Source: Octopus bimaculoides
Lineage: Eukaryota
Direction: 5' to 3'
DNA: 64,000 bases
NCBI RefSeq assembly: GCF_001194135.2
Contig: NC_068992.1
Location: forward strand, 47,275,763-47,339,762
Within the stretch, counting starts at the first letter, position 1, and the number at the start of each line of letters is the position of its first letter. Positions 38,990 through 51,265 of the stretch are shown in pieces. Made by a program: the position numbers and the translations under genes. The notes under the pieces are model-generated. The model had not been told where the DNA came from. It did no database searches and saw only the letters and a program-made list of their open reading frames with translations.

Positions 38990-39560
38990 ATAATAATAAT
39001 AATAATTATTATTATTATTATTATTAGACGTCATATCATCCTATGGTGTGAAGGTGACTCTTTAGAGGCAGGATTTTCCTGAAGGCAACCGCTAGAGTTT
39101 CTGGGGTTACAGGGTGGGATTGGAGGCTGTAATGGTGCATGTTTGTGTCAGTCGTAGGGTGCAATTTTAGAAAGAAAAGTTTCGAAGCAGCGCTGGATCA
39201 CCTTAACGTTATATGAATACTATATGAATACAATATCTAAGAGTACTTGTGACCCCTGACGAAACGCTTCTTAATCAACGTCGGGAAGAACCTTGATGAG
39301 TTAGTGGGAGCTTCTCACTTCGCTACCAGCTTTGTGTTCCGACACGTGGTCCAAGAAATTTTCCTTCCTAATGCATCTGATATCACAGAAATGGCGATCT
39401 CATATGACAAAAGCATGTGATCTGCTTTGACCAATAGCAGTTCATTTTGGACTCCTTAAATTTCTACATTCGGTAATCTGAACCTGATCGAGCCAGGTTT
39501 CGCTTAGCAGATTGCAAAAGTTTACGTCGCTTGGAATCGAATCAGATTGTTTTAAAAATT
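38990..39560 (-). mobile_element. Possible ancient LINE 3' remnant ending in (TAA)n
   Basis: GC-richer block terminating in TAA repeats on the minus strand; only faint RTE-like residues. Confidence 0.3.
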
Positions 39561-39594
39561 AACAATAATATATGTGTTTCCTCCTAACAGTTCT

Positions 39595-39641
<47 letters not shown>

Positions 39642-40004
39642 TGTGTGTACATACATAAAGGTATTCTTTACATCCAAATCCACGTTGATGTGTTAGAATA
39701 CAACGTTATTTGCCTTGAATTGACCCTTGTCTAGACTCGTAGTGCATAAGAACACTCCTAACAGATGGTCCTTGAACGTCAACGATATAAACATGCGTGC
39801 TTTTATACAGCACGTGACTATATGAGAAGCTCTCTCGCGGTAACGCAGTAATGTCTTCTAACACAACAGCCACGTTGATTGAGTGCAGGTGTGTTTCGTC
39901 ATGTATGTATAAGTGACACTCCGTCACTCTCTTTGTCTCACACACACATACATCTTTCGTATACACACACCTAAATACATATCCATACATCATCTTTGTA
40001 TATA

Positions 40005-40680
40005 CAGGGTTATTCAAAAAGAATAAACCGATTTCATTACGCAATATTTTAATTAGGAAAAGCAATAGAAAACTCCAGCTAAGTCTCAAATATTTACACA
40101 CAATAAAATTTTATTTCCTGTCTTACAAGTGTTCAATGTGGTCACCACCTGCAGCACGGGCAACATCAATGCAATAAGAAAATTCCTCCCAGACGCGTAT
40201 CAGCATATCACGATTCACTGAGTTGATCGCTGGTGTTATTCGATGTTTAAGATAATCATGGTTAGTGGATAACGGTGGAACGTAAACGCGATCTTTTACA
40301 TATCTCCACAACAAAAATATCACACACCGTGAGGTCAAGATCTCGCAGGCCAAGAACAAGAGTAAGGACTTGGGTCCCTTTCTGACCAATCCACTTTTTC
40401 ATTTAAATAAGTTCGAACCATCAGTTGCCAATATGAGGTCATGCGAATCTGCTTGCAGTGAAGTGAAGAGTTTGGGAGCATATCGACGTAGGTTTTTCCT
40501 GTAACGTTGTTTCCTTTAAAGAAAAAGGGACCATAACCTTCGTTCTGAGACACAGCACAGAAGACGTTCACCTTAAGGGAATCTCTTTCATGCTCAACTG
40601 TTTCATGTGGGTGCTCTGTTCCCCAAATACACACATTGTGACGATTGACTATGCCACTCAAGTGAAAAGTCGCATGCACA
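40005..40680 (-). mobile_element. Tc1/mariner-superfamily transposon 3' half: frameshifted transposase plus TIR
   Basis: ATFHLSGIVNRHNVCIWGTEHPHETVEHERDSLKVNVFCAVSQ..GPFFF, WPARS, LWRYVKDRVYVPPL..AAGGDHIEHL*. TA then CAGGGTTATTCAAAAAGAATAAACCG terminus at 40005. The left half is lost at a microsatellite. Confidence 0.92.
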
Positions 40681-42949
40681 AATGCTCGCACACGCACATA
40701 TACATATACACACACGCAAAGAGCAGGGATATTTTTGATACGACAAATACGGAGAGGCAGTTGTAAATGAAATCAGTGGCATATTGAGATAATTGAATTT
40801 AGAGGGTCTAATTCCATTTTGGAAAACATTGTATACATTATCTTCGGTCATGAGCATGACAATAAAAAAAAATCTATTGGACAAAATATACATGTAAAGC
40901 TGTTGCATAATAGATAGATAGATAGATAGATATGTATGCATCTCTGTATGTATATTTGTGCAAATTGGAGACTTAAACTGATTTACTGTAATAAGATTGC
41001 TCTCCTATCTATTATAGTTAAGAGATTAACTCCACGTAGGCTATATAGCCTTGACGATAAAACTAATATGTTATTATATTGTTATTATTATATTACATAA
41101 TATCATTGAAAGATGGCTTTTGTCTTATAGAAATACGTGGTGATACTGCCTGAAAATCTTGAATTCGTAAATATTAAGTGTTATAGATATGATTTGCAAT
41201 TCAGTTGCTGAAACTTGGACTAGTCAAATATTATTAACAACTGTAATCGCTCTCTCTCTCTCTATCTCTCTCTTTCCACATACACACGCACACACATATC
41301 TGTATTTATGCTTCTATCTATTTATCNNNNNNNNNNNNNNNNNNNNNNNNNNNNNNNNNNNNNNNNNNNNNNNNNNNNNNNNNNNNNNNNNNNNNNNNNN
41401 NNNNNNNNNNNNNNNNNNNNNNNNNNNNNNNNNNNNNNNNNNNNNNNNNNNNNNNNNNNNNNNNNNNNNNNNNNNNNNNNNNNNNNNNNNNNNNNNNNNN
41501 NNNNNNNNNNNNNNNNNNNNNNNNNNNNNNNNNNNNNNNNNNNNNNNNNNNNNNNNNNNNNNNNNNNNNNNNNNNNNNNNNNNNNNNNNNNNNNNNNNNN
41601 NNNNNNNNNNNNNNNNNNNNNNNNNNNNNNNNNNNNNNNNNNNNNNNNNNNNNNNNNNNNNNNNNNNNNNNNNNNNNNNNNNNNNNNNNNNNNNNNNNNN
41701 NNNNNNNNTAAACAAGAGAGACAGAGACAGGCAAAAACAAGGAAAATGCATCTTGTATTTGAATACTATGCAAATATTCTTTTAAAAAACTTTTCTTTTA
41801 ATTTTTCCAAAATTTCATTGTTTTCCATACTCACAGTTGAAAAAGTTCTCAGCGACTGAAGCCGGTACGGAAATGGTTTTTGTAAAATTATTTTAGCATA
41901 TTCTATCTTGACTTTTTTTTTCCATATATACAAACATACATACATATGTATACATGGTAGTTATCAAATCGTAGATGTGTATGCCCATCGGCCACAAATT
42001 ATCTTATCCTTGATGTTAAAGACAATGGCTGTCAGCCATCAATGTCCGTACTATAATTTAGTCAACAGCAACTAGGACAACATCTTACGTGACTCACCTA
42101 CAAAGCCAAGTAATCTAGAAATAAGCAGGAACAAGATATCTAACTTTGCAAAGAGGTGGGTGATATTTCAGAATTTCCTTCTCTAAGAAATATATTTAAA
42201 CTGAGACAAGATTTCTCTCACTCCCAGCTGTCGGATGGCCGTTGACTAAGGAAATCATCTCTCTTTTGATAGGCTTTGTTTTTCATCCTGCAGATTGTCT
42301 ATGAAACATGCTTACTTAACATATGTAAACACGTACATTAAATTACTTATTGTCCAATACGTCAAGTGTTTTTGCAAATCTAGGTTGCGTATACATATAC
42401 AAATATCATATATTAATAAAATCTAAGGTAATTAATTATGATAATATACGAAACTCATGTTAGAGTATCAAGCGCCAATAACTAGCGAATTTGAATATGG
42501 AAATATAAGAAAATATTAAAGAAATCTCAGAACTGTATAGAAATATAAGAAGATATTAAAGAAATCAATTGATTTCTTTAATATAAATTTGTTTCTAATT
42601 ATTATTCATTAGTATATATTTAATTAAAATATTGTCTCCAAATTTAATTGCACAATTATTTCCTCACACCGAAAATCTCTAAAATCTGTGATAGTCACAT
42701 TGGTTTATTTACTTATTTATTTATTTATTCATTTGTTTGGATAAATTGTGTGTGTGTGCGCGCGCGCGTATAGTTATAATAACGAAGTCGAACAAATGCA
42801 GAATTATCAAGATTCATCTTTACCATTTTTGCTGATCGAGAGAATAAGATATACAGCAAGTACTGGCCCCAGTTTCCATCGATTATACACTCCTAAGCTT
42901 CGAGGCTTTATTGTGCCTATTGTATAAATGGGTTTAGCTTAGTGTTTCC

Positions 42950-43150
42950 TTGGGGCTGGCCAGATTAGAGCAATCTCGAGTATAACCAGCCGAAATTGCA
43001 AAGATAATCTGAAACTCGACTGAAGAAAGAAAACTCCGAATGACCCATCCTTGTTTTCTTTGCATCGTCTATCTGGATATTTTGTTGTCCCTTTTTTGTA
43101 TCACCTAACTGTCTGGATGTCTTGCGTTTTTGTCCCATTGTATCTCTCTC
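42950..43150 (+). mobile_element. Interspersed repeat with permuted hammerhead-like elements (pLTR-like)
   Basis: ATC-TCGAGT..CCAGCC-GAAA-TTGC..ACTCGA-CTGAAGA followed by a T-rich tail into a microsatellite and gap. Confidence 0.5.
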
Positions 43151-43419
43151 TCCATATNNNNNNNNNNNNNNNNNNNNNNNNNNNNNNNNNNNNNNNNNNN
43201 NNNNNNNNNNNNNNNNNNNNNNNNNNNNNNNNNNNNNNNNNNNNNNNNNNNNNNNNNNNNNNNNNNNNNNNNNNNNNNNNNNNNNNNATATATATATATA
43301 TATACAGGGTGAAGGGCTGATCACAAGTGGAATGCCTTTATTCGTAAGCTATGGTGAGGGCTAACCTAAAGTTGACCGCTCTCAACGTCGAGAAAAAGAA
43401 CAGGAGATTGTATCCGTTT

Positions 43420-43615
43420 GCTTGATTTGCTAGAAATTGCAGCCGAATTGAGCGCATATTACACCCTAGATCTATAATGAACGTGTTGAATAATGTAGTT
43501 TACAACTCACTATGCCTGAAAAAAAAATCATTAAATGGTTACCGATGGACCATAGATGAGATTTGTTTGACCTAATCTGTTTTGAAGTGAGTATTAAGAA
43601 GTACAACAACAACAA
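43420..43615 (+). mobile_element. Degenerate retroelement 3' tail ending in (CAA)n; an opposing tail fragment lies at ~43755-43830
   Basis: Shares GATTTGCTAGAAA and general layout with 21480-21690. Confidence 0.4.
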
Positions 43616-44334
43616 AAAAGAACAAGAAACAGAAGCGTCCTTTGTATTATTCAGACTAATGCATAGGCAGTGACCCTGACTTTTGTCTAACCCCTATTTG
43701 ATGATTCCCTCCCCGACTGATTGTTTTTTCTGGTATTATTATCATTGTAGACGTTATTGTCGTTGTTCTACATCGCCCCCAGGTGATCCCTGATCAAACA
43801 AACCCATTATCGCTTCGATGCTTTATGTTGCAAAGATCTGAAGAACGAAATTGAATTCTCTAAAATCATTAATTCTAAAAGCTGACCTTCCTTTATTTCT
43901 AATTCAAGATTCAAAGTATATTATATGTCCTTAAATTTAATTTTTAGATATTACAAATATATTTTCGTTTTGCTACTTTTTCATATAAAGTCTAATTAAT
44001 ATTCACATTTACATTCTAATTCTAATTACAAAACTAATTAATTCTATAATTACCAGTCTTCCTCTCTCAGTCATCAATGCTACACACATGACCGATTTAT
44101 CTAGGTCAGTTAATCGCAATAATAATAATAATAAATCTTTGTATTTTTTTAATAATGATAATAATTCGGTCAGTGTTCGGTGAGATTGTAATTCTGGTGT
44201 GATGTGGTGTAATGTGCAGTCAACCAAGAAATAAATACAAAACAACATACGCTCAGTGCATCGATGCATATAATGCATAGGTCAATATGAGATTTTAATT
44301 GTGCTTATGTGACTGGCGGGCTGAATGACTGCTG

Positions 44335-44482
44335 ATGCTGCTGCTAATGTTACTGCTGCTGTTGCTGCTGCTGTGCTAATACTGACGCGGCTGTTTCTGT
44401 TGCTGTGGCTGATATCAAGAAACATTTTCTGCTTTTTTTTGTTATTGAAGAGAATTGCGGATTTTGATGTAAATGGTGATGA

Positions 44483-44517
<35 letters not shown>

Positions 44518-44537
44518 TCACCACCACCACCACCACA
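44335..44537. repeat. (GCT)n, (CTA)n and (CAC)n triplet runs
   Basis: Direct reading; they explain the poly-A, poly-T and poly-V ORFs. Confidence 0.9.
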
Positions 44538-44808
44538 ATAGGCCAGATATCAGAACTGCTGCTGTAGTTGTCATTGTTCATTTTGGAAGCTATGCACAGA
44601 TAGTTACACAGACACATAAACATGCATACATGTATGTATGTATGTATACATATATATTTTAATCCCATTCACTATCTCGCTGTCTCTATCTCTATACTTT
44701 ACTCACTCTCCTTCTTCTCTGTCTATATTTATATGGATGTGCAGAAAATGTATACCACTTAACTACTTAGTTCCGGATTCAGGATTCACCCCTAAGCATG
44801 GAACTTTT

Positions 44809-44853
<45 letters not shown>

Positions 44854-44929
44854 CAAAGAATATATATGCATGTATACACACATATATGTACATACTTACA
44901 TCTACATGTGTATATAGATGCATATCAGG

Positions 44930-45277
44930 GTACAGGACGTTAGAACAATGAACTACAGACAACGGAACGAACACATAGGAAAACGAAAAGCCACTTGGAA
45001 TATTCCTTCATCAGCTGCCTGTATTCTAACCCGACGTTTCGAAGATAAGGCAGAACCTACTCTAGAATAGTATCTTCCTGAGTAGTGGATCAACCCACTA
45101 AACAGAGGATTCCAAGGTGGCAAACACAAACCAAGACAGGAAAAATTGGACAGTGAAAACAACATTCAAAAGCCGTACGGCCAAACGCGAATCTGACGTA
45201 GAACGCTAGTAGTTCGTCTTGCCTTCACAGCGGCTGGGGTGAAAAGAAAGTTGACCACAGGTCACACATGAGCAGAG
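44930..45277 (-). mobile_element. Interspersed repeat with permuted hammerhead-like elements (pLTR-like)
   Basis: Minus strand GTT-CTGCCT-TATCTTC-GAAACGTC..AGGCAG-CTGATGA-A-GGAATATTCC. Flanked by a microsatellite and a gap. Confidence 0.55.
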
Positions 45278-45647
45278 NNNNNNNNNNNNNNNNNNNNNNN
45301 NNNNNNNNNNNNNNNNNNNNNNNNNNNNNNNNNNNNNNNNNNNNNNNNNNNNNNNNNNNNNNNNNNNNNNNNNNNNNNNNNNNNNNNNNNNNNNNNNNNN
45401 NNNNNNNNNNNNNNNNNNNNNNNNNNNNNNNNNNNNNNNNNNNNNNNNNNNNNNNNNNNNNNNNNNNNNNNNNNNNNNNNNNNNNNNNNNNNNNNNNNNN
45501 NNNNNNNNNNNNNNNNNNNNNNNNNNNNNNNNNNNNNNNNNNNNNNNNNNNNNNNNNNNNNNNNNNNNNNNNNNNNNNNNNNNNNNNNNNNNNNNNNNNN
45601 NNNNNNNNNNNNNNNNNNNNNNNNNNNNNNNNNNNNNNNNNNNNNNN

Positions 45648-45692
<45 letters not shown>

Positions 45693-45867
45693 TGAGAAAG
45701 ATGAGAGACCGATATTCTCAGTATAGAATACACTTCGTAGCGCTCAAGAGGATTAAACTTGAGCAGGTTGAGGAATATATATAAGCATAAGCAAGCTAGG
45801 CAAGTCGACGTTCAAAAACGTTAAATATTTTAATACAAAAAAAAAATAACATATATTTTGATTTTAA

Positions 45868-46103
45868 TTACGGGGACGTATACACACCAACTCTGATTTT
45901 CAAGCGGTATGACGGAGGAATAATCACAGGCGCAAAGATGCATACTTACATAACAAGTATATGCAGAAATAATTGATGGGCTTCTTTCAGTTTCCGTCAA
46001 CCAAATCCATTCAAACGACTTCGGTCGGACCGAAGCTATAACAACTGACACTTTCTTAAGTTTCCACTGTGGTTGAGAAGCAAGTTTTTTACCAAACAGT
46101 CAT
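45868..46103 (-). mobile_element. SINE family A, 3'-truncated
   Basis: GGGCTTCTTTCAGTTTCCGTC..GAGAAGCAAGTTTTTTACC head and CGGGGACGTATACACACC body. Confidence 0.8.
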
Positions 46104-46159
46104 ATATATACGAAGACGTGTGTGTGTGTTTGCGCATGCGTGGTATGTTTTGCGTTTAA

Positions 46160-46272
46160 TTGTCTTCCACCAACTCCAGACAAACGGTGTTGGTGTGCTT
46201 ACGTCTCTGACGCCTAGCACTTCGACAAAACAGACAGTTACTAGCTTTAAGACAAAGAATGTCCTGGGGTGA
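46160..46272 (+). mobile_element. SINE family A body fragment, opposite orientation to its neighbour
   Basis: GGTGTTGGTGTGCTTACGTC..AAAGAATGTCCTGGGG. Confidence 0.7.
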
Positions 46273-46320
46273 GTATGTATGTATGTATGCATGCATGCAT
46301 GCATGCATGTATATGTGTGT

Positions 46321-46365
<45 letters not shown>

Positions 46366-47696
46366 CACGCATCTGTATATAAATGTGTATATGCGTATGT
46401 GCACGCGTAAGTGTATGTAACTAACTCTCTCTCTCTTTCTCTCTCTCTTTCTCTGTCTCTCTCTCTAGATAGCTAGATAGATAGATAGAAAAAATGAGTG
46501 AGAGANNNNNNNNNNNNNNNNNNNNNNNNNNNNNNNNNNNNNNNNNNNNNNNNNNNNNNNNNNNNNNNNNNNNNNNNNNNNNNNNNNNNNNNNNNNNNNN
46601 NNNNNNNNNNNNNNNNNNNNNNNNNNNNNNNNNNNNNNNNNNNNNNNNNNNNNNNNNNNNNNNNNNNNNNNNNNNNNNNNNNNNNNNNNNNNNNNNNNNN
46701 NNNNNNNNNNNNNNNNNNNNNNNNNNNNNNNNNNNNNNNNNNNNNNNNNNNNNNNNNNNNNNNNNNNNNNNNNNNNNNNNNNNNNNNNNNNNNNNNNNNN
46801 NNNNNNNNNNNNNNNNNNNNNNNNNNNNNNNNNNNNNNNNNNNNNNNNNNNNNNNNNNNNNNNNNNNNNNNNNNNNNNNNNNNNNNNNNNNNNNNNNNNN
46901 NNNNNNNNNNNNNNNNNNNNNNNNNNNNNNNNNNNNNNNNNNNNNNNNNNNNNNNNNNNNNNNNNNNNNNNNNNNNNNNNNNNNNNNNNNNNNNNNNNNN
47001 NNNNNNNNNNNNNNNNNNNNNNNNNNNNNNNNNNNNNNNNNNNNNNNNNNNNNNNNNNNNNNNNNNNNNNNNNNNNNNNNNNNNNNNNNNNNNNNATATA
47101 TATATATATATATATATACATGTATATATGACTATAACTGTGTGTATGAATACACACACACAACGCGTATTTTCACATACAGCCTATACAATTTTCCGTA
47201 TGCATTGCTGAAGCGATGATTATTACACACAAATAGGTCAACGGAAATAACCAATACATGTAATGCCAAGAGCTCGCTATTCTCTGTGCCATCTAAGACG
47301 CACACAACTCAACCATCGACATTAAATAACTCTACACCGCCGCTCAATTCTTCCTGAAATACTTGTTTCTCTATTTAGTTCATCTATACCATGTGATTGA
47401 CAATGTATTGATGAACGTATGTTTTTCTGTGTGCGTGTGTGTTATTGTTTCCGTTTGTGAACACCATAGTTACAGTAAGTATATGTAACTTTCAGCGGTT
47501 TAGACGAGGGTTATTTCAGTTGCTTCGTTAACTAAACTCCTTGCATACAATTTTTATGTACCTGTTATACAGAACACCATACCTGGTTACTTTCGATTAG
47601 TCATATTGTGGACAGTTATAATCAGCATTACTACCTCTTTCTGTTTTACATACACAAACACACAGTCACACACAGATACATATGTACATACATATT

Positions 47697-47778
47697 ATTT
47701 CTGTTACTTGTTTCAGTCATTTGACTGGAGCCATGCTGGAGCACCGCTTTGATGGGTTTTATAGTCGAAGAAATCGAT
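47697..47778 (-). mobile_element. SINE family A tail fragment
   Basis: TTACTTGTTTCAGTCATTTGACTGGAGCCATGCTGGAGCACCGC..TAGTCGAAGAAATCGA. Confidence 0.85.
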
Positions 47779-48527
47779 GTATTGCGCGCGTGTGTGTGTG
47801 TGAGTGTGCGTGTCTATGTGTGTGTGCGCGGAGAGATATTGATAGATAGCGATACAGAGAGACAGAAATGATGGACAGATAGATAAATACATAGATATCT
47901 TTAAGAGCATGGAATGTGTGATGTCTGCCTTTGTTTGGTGCGTGTTTGTGTGTGTAGTATGTGTGTGTGTGTGTGTTGGTGTGTGATGTATGTGTACTAA
48001 ATGTGACCTAAATATGTTTACAGTTTTTCACCTGTGGGATTTGAAGAAAATTTCTACTCATGCACGCGTCGTGTATATCTTTTAAAAAAAAATGAATTTT
48101 CTAATCTTAGCGGAATTATCTTGCTCACTACTTTAAATCCTAACACTCCCCGAGGGCGTATTGCCTATTAATTGCATGGATAATCTCAGTTAACCAATGT
48201 TTTCTATCTCGAAATATGACAGATGTGACCCTCTTTCTCATCAATATTTACTACAGAAGATGCTCATTTAAGCCATATGTTTACGAAATATTTTCCTCGA
48301 CCTTATTTTATCGTCTTAAAATTAATTTCGGTTTGAACTTGAACATGACATGAATAATACATTTTTGAACAATAACTTGGTCAGTCATCTTGTAAATATA
48401 AGACTGAAGAACTGCAGCCATCGGGAGACTTTTATTATATCTGTTCAATTTTCAAAGTTGATTTTTCTCTATAGATTTTATATCCATTGAGTCCAGCCGT
48501 GATAACCACAATTATTTACAATAGATA

Positions 48528-48565
<38 letters not shown>

Positions 48566-48575
48566 NNNNNNNNNN

Positions 48576-48607
<32 letters not shown>

Positions 48608-50498
48608 CGCGTAGACATATATATACCGACATATATATACCGATTAGAAAAACTTAATCGCTGAATTACGATGTCCTACCGCCGTCACCACCACCACTAC
48701 TGTCACAAGTACGTCAATACCAACATCACCAGCATCACACCAATACTAGCACCGTCACAATTCAAAGTCCGCCGAAATATATTATTTATATTGATTCGAT
48801 ATACCCCACTCTTTGAAATTCCTAGCTCGTACTCATTTTCTGTTTCATTGCCACAGATTTCATTATATGTTAAAATCCTTGCACATTTTCTGAAACAAAT
48901 CAGAAACTTGTTCCCCGCCTCCATCTTCATCTCATCAATTATTTACCTGGGAGTGACTAACCTCTTTGCAATATCTCCAACTATTCATATATTATCGGTT
49001 GTTAGCAACAGACTGGATGTAACTGAATCAAAATGCCAACAACGAACTTAAATACTACCTTTCTTATAAGAAATTGTTATTTCTAATTGTAGAATCGCAA
49101 ACACGAACAATAGAGATTTATCAATAATAATTAATATCTATGTAGACATATCTCTGAAAAACTATGGCTTCTATCAACGGAATATATTCAATACTGACAA
49201 TGTTTTTGTTACTTTTTTTTATTTTGAGATGTGATTGGAATTTGCTAAAATAAAACAAAAAAGCATAACTTATTCTACGAACTTCTTTAGAAATTCTGTA
49301 GAAGCTTTTTGTTTACATCGACAAACAGCCCATTTTATATGGAGTCCAGCGTCTCTGATTAGTTCTGAACAATGGGTATGAAATTTCAGTCTAAAATTGA
49401 ATTTGCACTCTATTTTGTGCCTATGAATATTTTATGTTGTTACAATCAATAGTATTCTTCCAGTTCGAAGAATAAATGAATAAATAATATCTGTATTTGC
49501 AAGATGAGCGTATAAAAATATCAAATTATATAACGAACGAAAGATTGTTGGTTTCTCTTCAATAAGATGTCTTCCCTTGAGAGGAGCGTCTTTTAAAAGA
49601 CGTGCTTGAAGAATATGTTCTTTTGAATGGCACTAAAAATAATAGTGCTCTACATTCATTTTGTAATAAGAAGGCGTGAAGTGTTTCTTGTATTTACACA
49701 AGAGTTACAACCAACTTCAATTTTGAACTATTCCGGGTGACCTCTAAGGTCATTAAATTGGTTGAACTCTTAACTATACACTTTCTAGAGTTATATTTTT
49801 ATTTTAAATACCGTAACAGAGAACACGTCCAGACGAAAGTGGTAATTAAAGTTGATTCATTCTACTAGAGTCTAGACAATAACGAAGCTATGGAAACTAC
49901 GTCATACACAAGTCAATAATATTACATTCTTCTTAGAAATCATGGTTTTTGTTGTTTTTCGTTTGCTTTTTGCCTTTATTTGTTGCACTTCTCAATGAAA
50001 CGTTGCAGTTTTGCTGCTGCAACTATTTACGATGTATTTGCAATACTGTTAAGCATGAAGTGCGTTTACAGAATCGTTAGATCGATTCAGATACGATTCG
50101 TTACGTAAAGATTTCTAATCTCCACGAAGTTAATTTTGCTGTCATCCATAACAATTAATGAATTAACTGCAAAACTGTGATCTCCATACAATCGACTATA
50201 TCGTTCCTACTCTTAGAAACCAGTAACGTTACGCAATATAGAAGATAGAATTGTGACATTTGCTGGTAAATCCCGGAAGAACGAATTACCTTGCGGTAAG
50301 TAATGAAACGTTCTCTTTAGTTTAGATTACACATGATTCCGAGTTTGAGTTTTACTTCCATGCTCCTAAGATACTCTAGTTGATTCAATCGGATATAAAG
50401 GTGAACTTCAGGCTACGTAGTGAATAAATATTATTATATATCCAGGTGATAGAATTTTCGCAGTATTTTTTTCATGTTAATATATTTAACTAATGTAA

Positions 50499-50716
50499 GG
50501 CGGCGTGCTGACACAATGGTTAACACTTCGGGCAAAGTGCTTAGTGGCATTTCATCTGTTCTTACGTTCTGAGTTCAACTTCTACCGGGATTCAGTCTAC
50601 TTTTCATCCTCTCGAGGTTCATAAAATTAGTACTAGTAAAATACTGGGGTTGACGTAATCGACTTAAACACTTCCCCGTAAGTTCTGGCCCTGTGCCAAT
50701 ATTTGAAACCAATATA
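50499..50716 (+). mobile_element. SINE family C, full-length
   Basis: GGCGGCGTGCTGACACAATGGTTAAC head, GAGTTCAACT B box, TTTCATCCTCTCGAGGTTCATAAAATTAGTACTAG central domain, TGTGCCAATATTTGAAACC tail. Confidence 0.88.
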
Positions 50717-50729
50717 TTTACATAATTTA

Positions 50730-50845
50730 GGAGGAAATTGACAGAATCGTTAGTACGCGGTGGGAAATGCTAAGTAGCATATTATCCATTTTTACGTTCT
50801 GAATTCAAATTTTACCAAAATTGTGCCAATATTTGTAATCAACAT
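50730..50845 (+). mobile_element. SINE family C, internally deleted copy in tandem
   Basis: GACAGAATCGTTAGTACGC head and TTACGTTCTGAATTCAAAT joined directly to the TGTGCCAATATTTG tail. Confidence 0.8.
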
Positions 50846-51030
50846 CATCATTGTTATCATTATTATCATTATTATTTTCATTAGCATCTTCTTTCAAATC
50901 TGTTTCCATTTCTTGCCGTGTGTCTTCTTCAAACCGATAGTAGCCTTAATTAAGAAATCTAGAAATTCTGTCCACCAATACGGAACCGAACACTCATTTT
51001 CTACGTTCGACATTTACGTGTATATGTATA

Positions 51031-51065
<35 letters not shown>

Positions 51066-51114
51066 NNNNNNNNNNTGTATACGCACATACATACGTACAT
51101 ACATATATACATGC

Positions 51115-51145
<31 letters not shown>

Positions 51146-51151
51146 CATACT

Positions 51152-51265
51152 TACAAAACGACCATGTTGTTGATGTTGGAATTCCAATGAAAGAACCTTG
51201 GATCTAGGTTAGAAACCGGCTCTTTCTCTATTAGCAAGGAATCTTGAAATAAAACTGAATAATGA
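51152..51265 (+). mobile_element. Short retroelement 3' end embedded in (TACA)n
   Basis: A unique ~115-bp block with (TACA)n on both sides; resembles a recalled octopus LINE tail. Confidence 0.45.

Noticed and set aside
39256-39285. CTGACGAAACG overlap of both core words
   Set aside because: No room for helix II. It is better explained as a simple hairpin CCTGACG/CGTCGGG.
43305-43320. TA-CAGGGTG as the partner TIR of the mariner remnant at 40005
   Set aside because: Same orientation as the 40005 TIR, and similarity ends after 6 bp.
3840-50845. A-box/B-box sequences as tRNA genes
   Set aside because: They are SINE heads continuing into SINE bodies; no cloverleaf could be folded.
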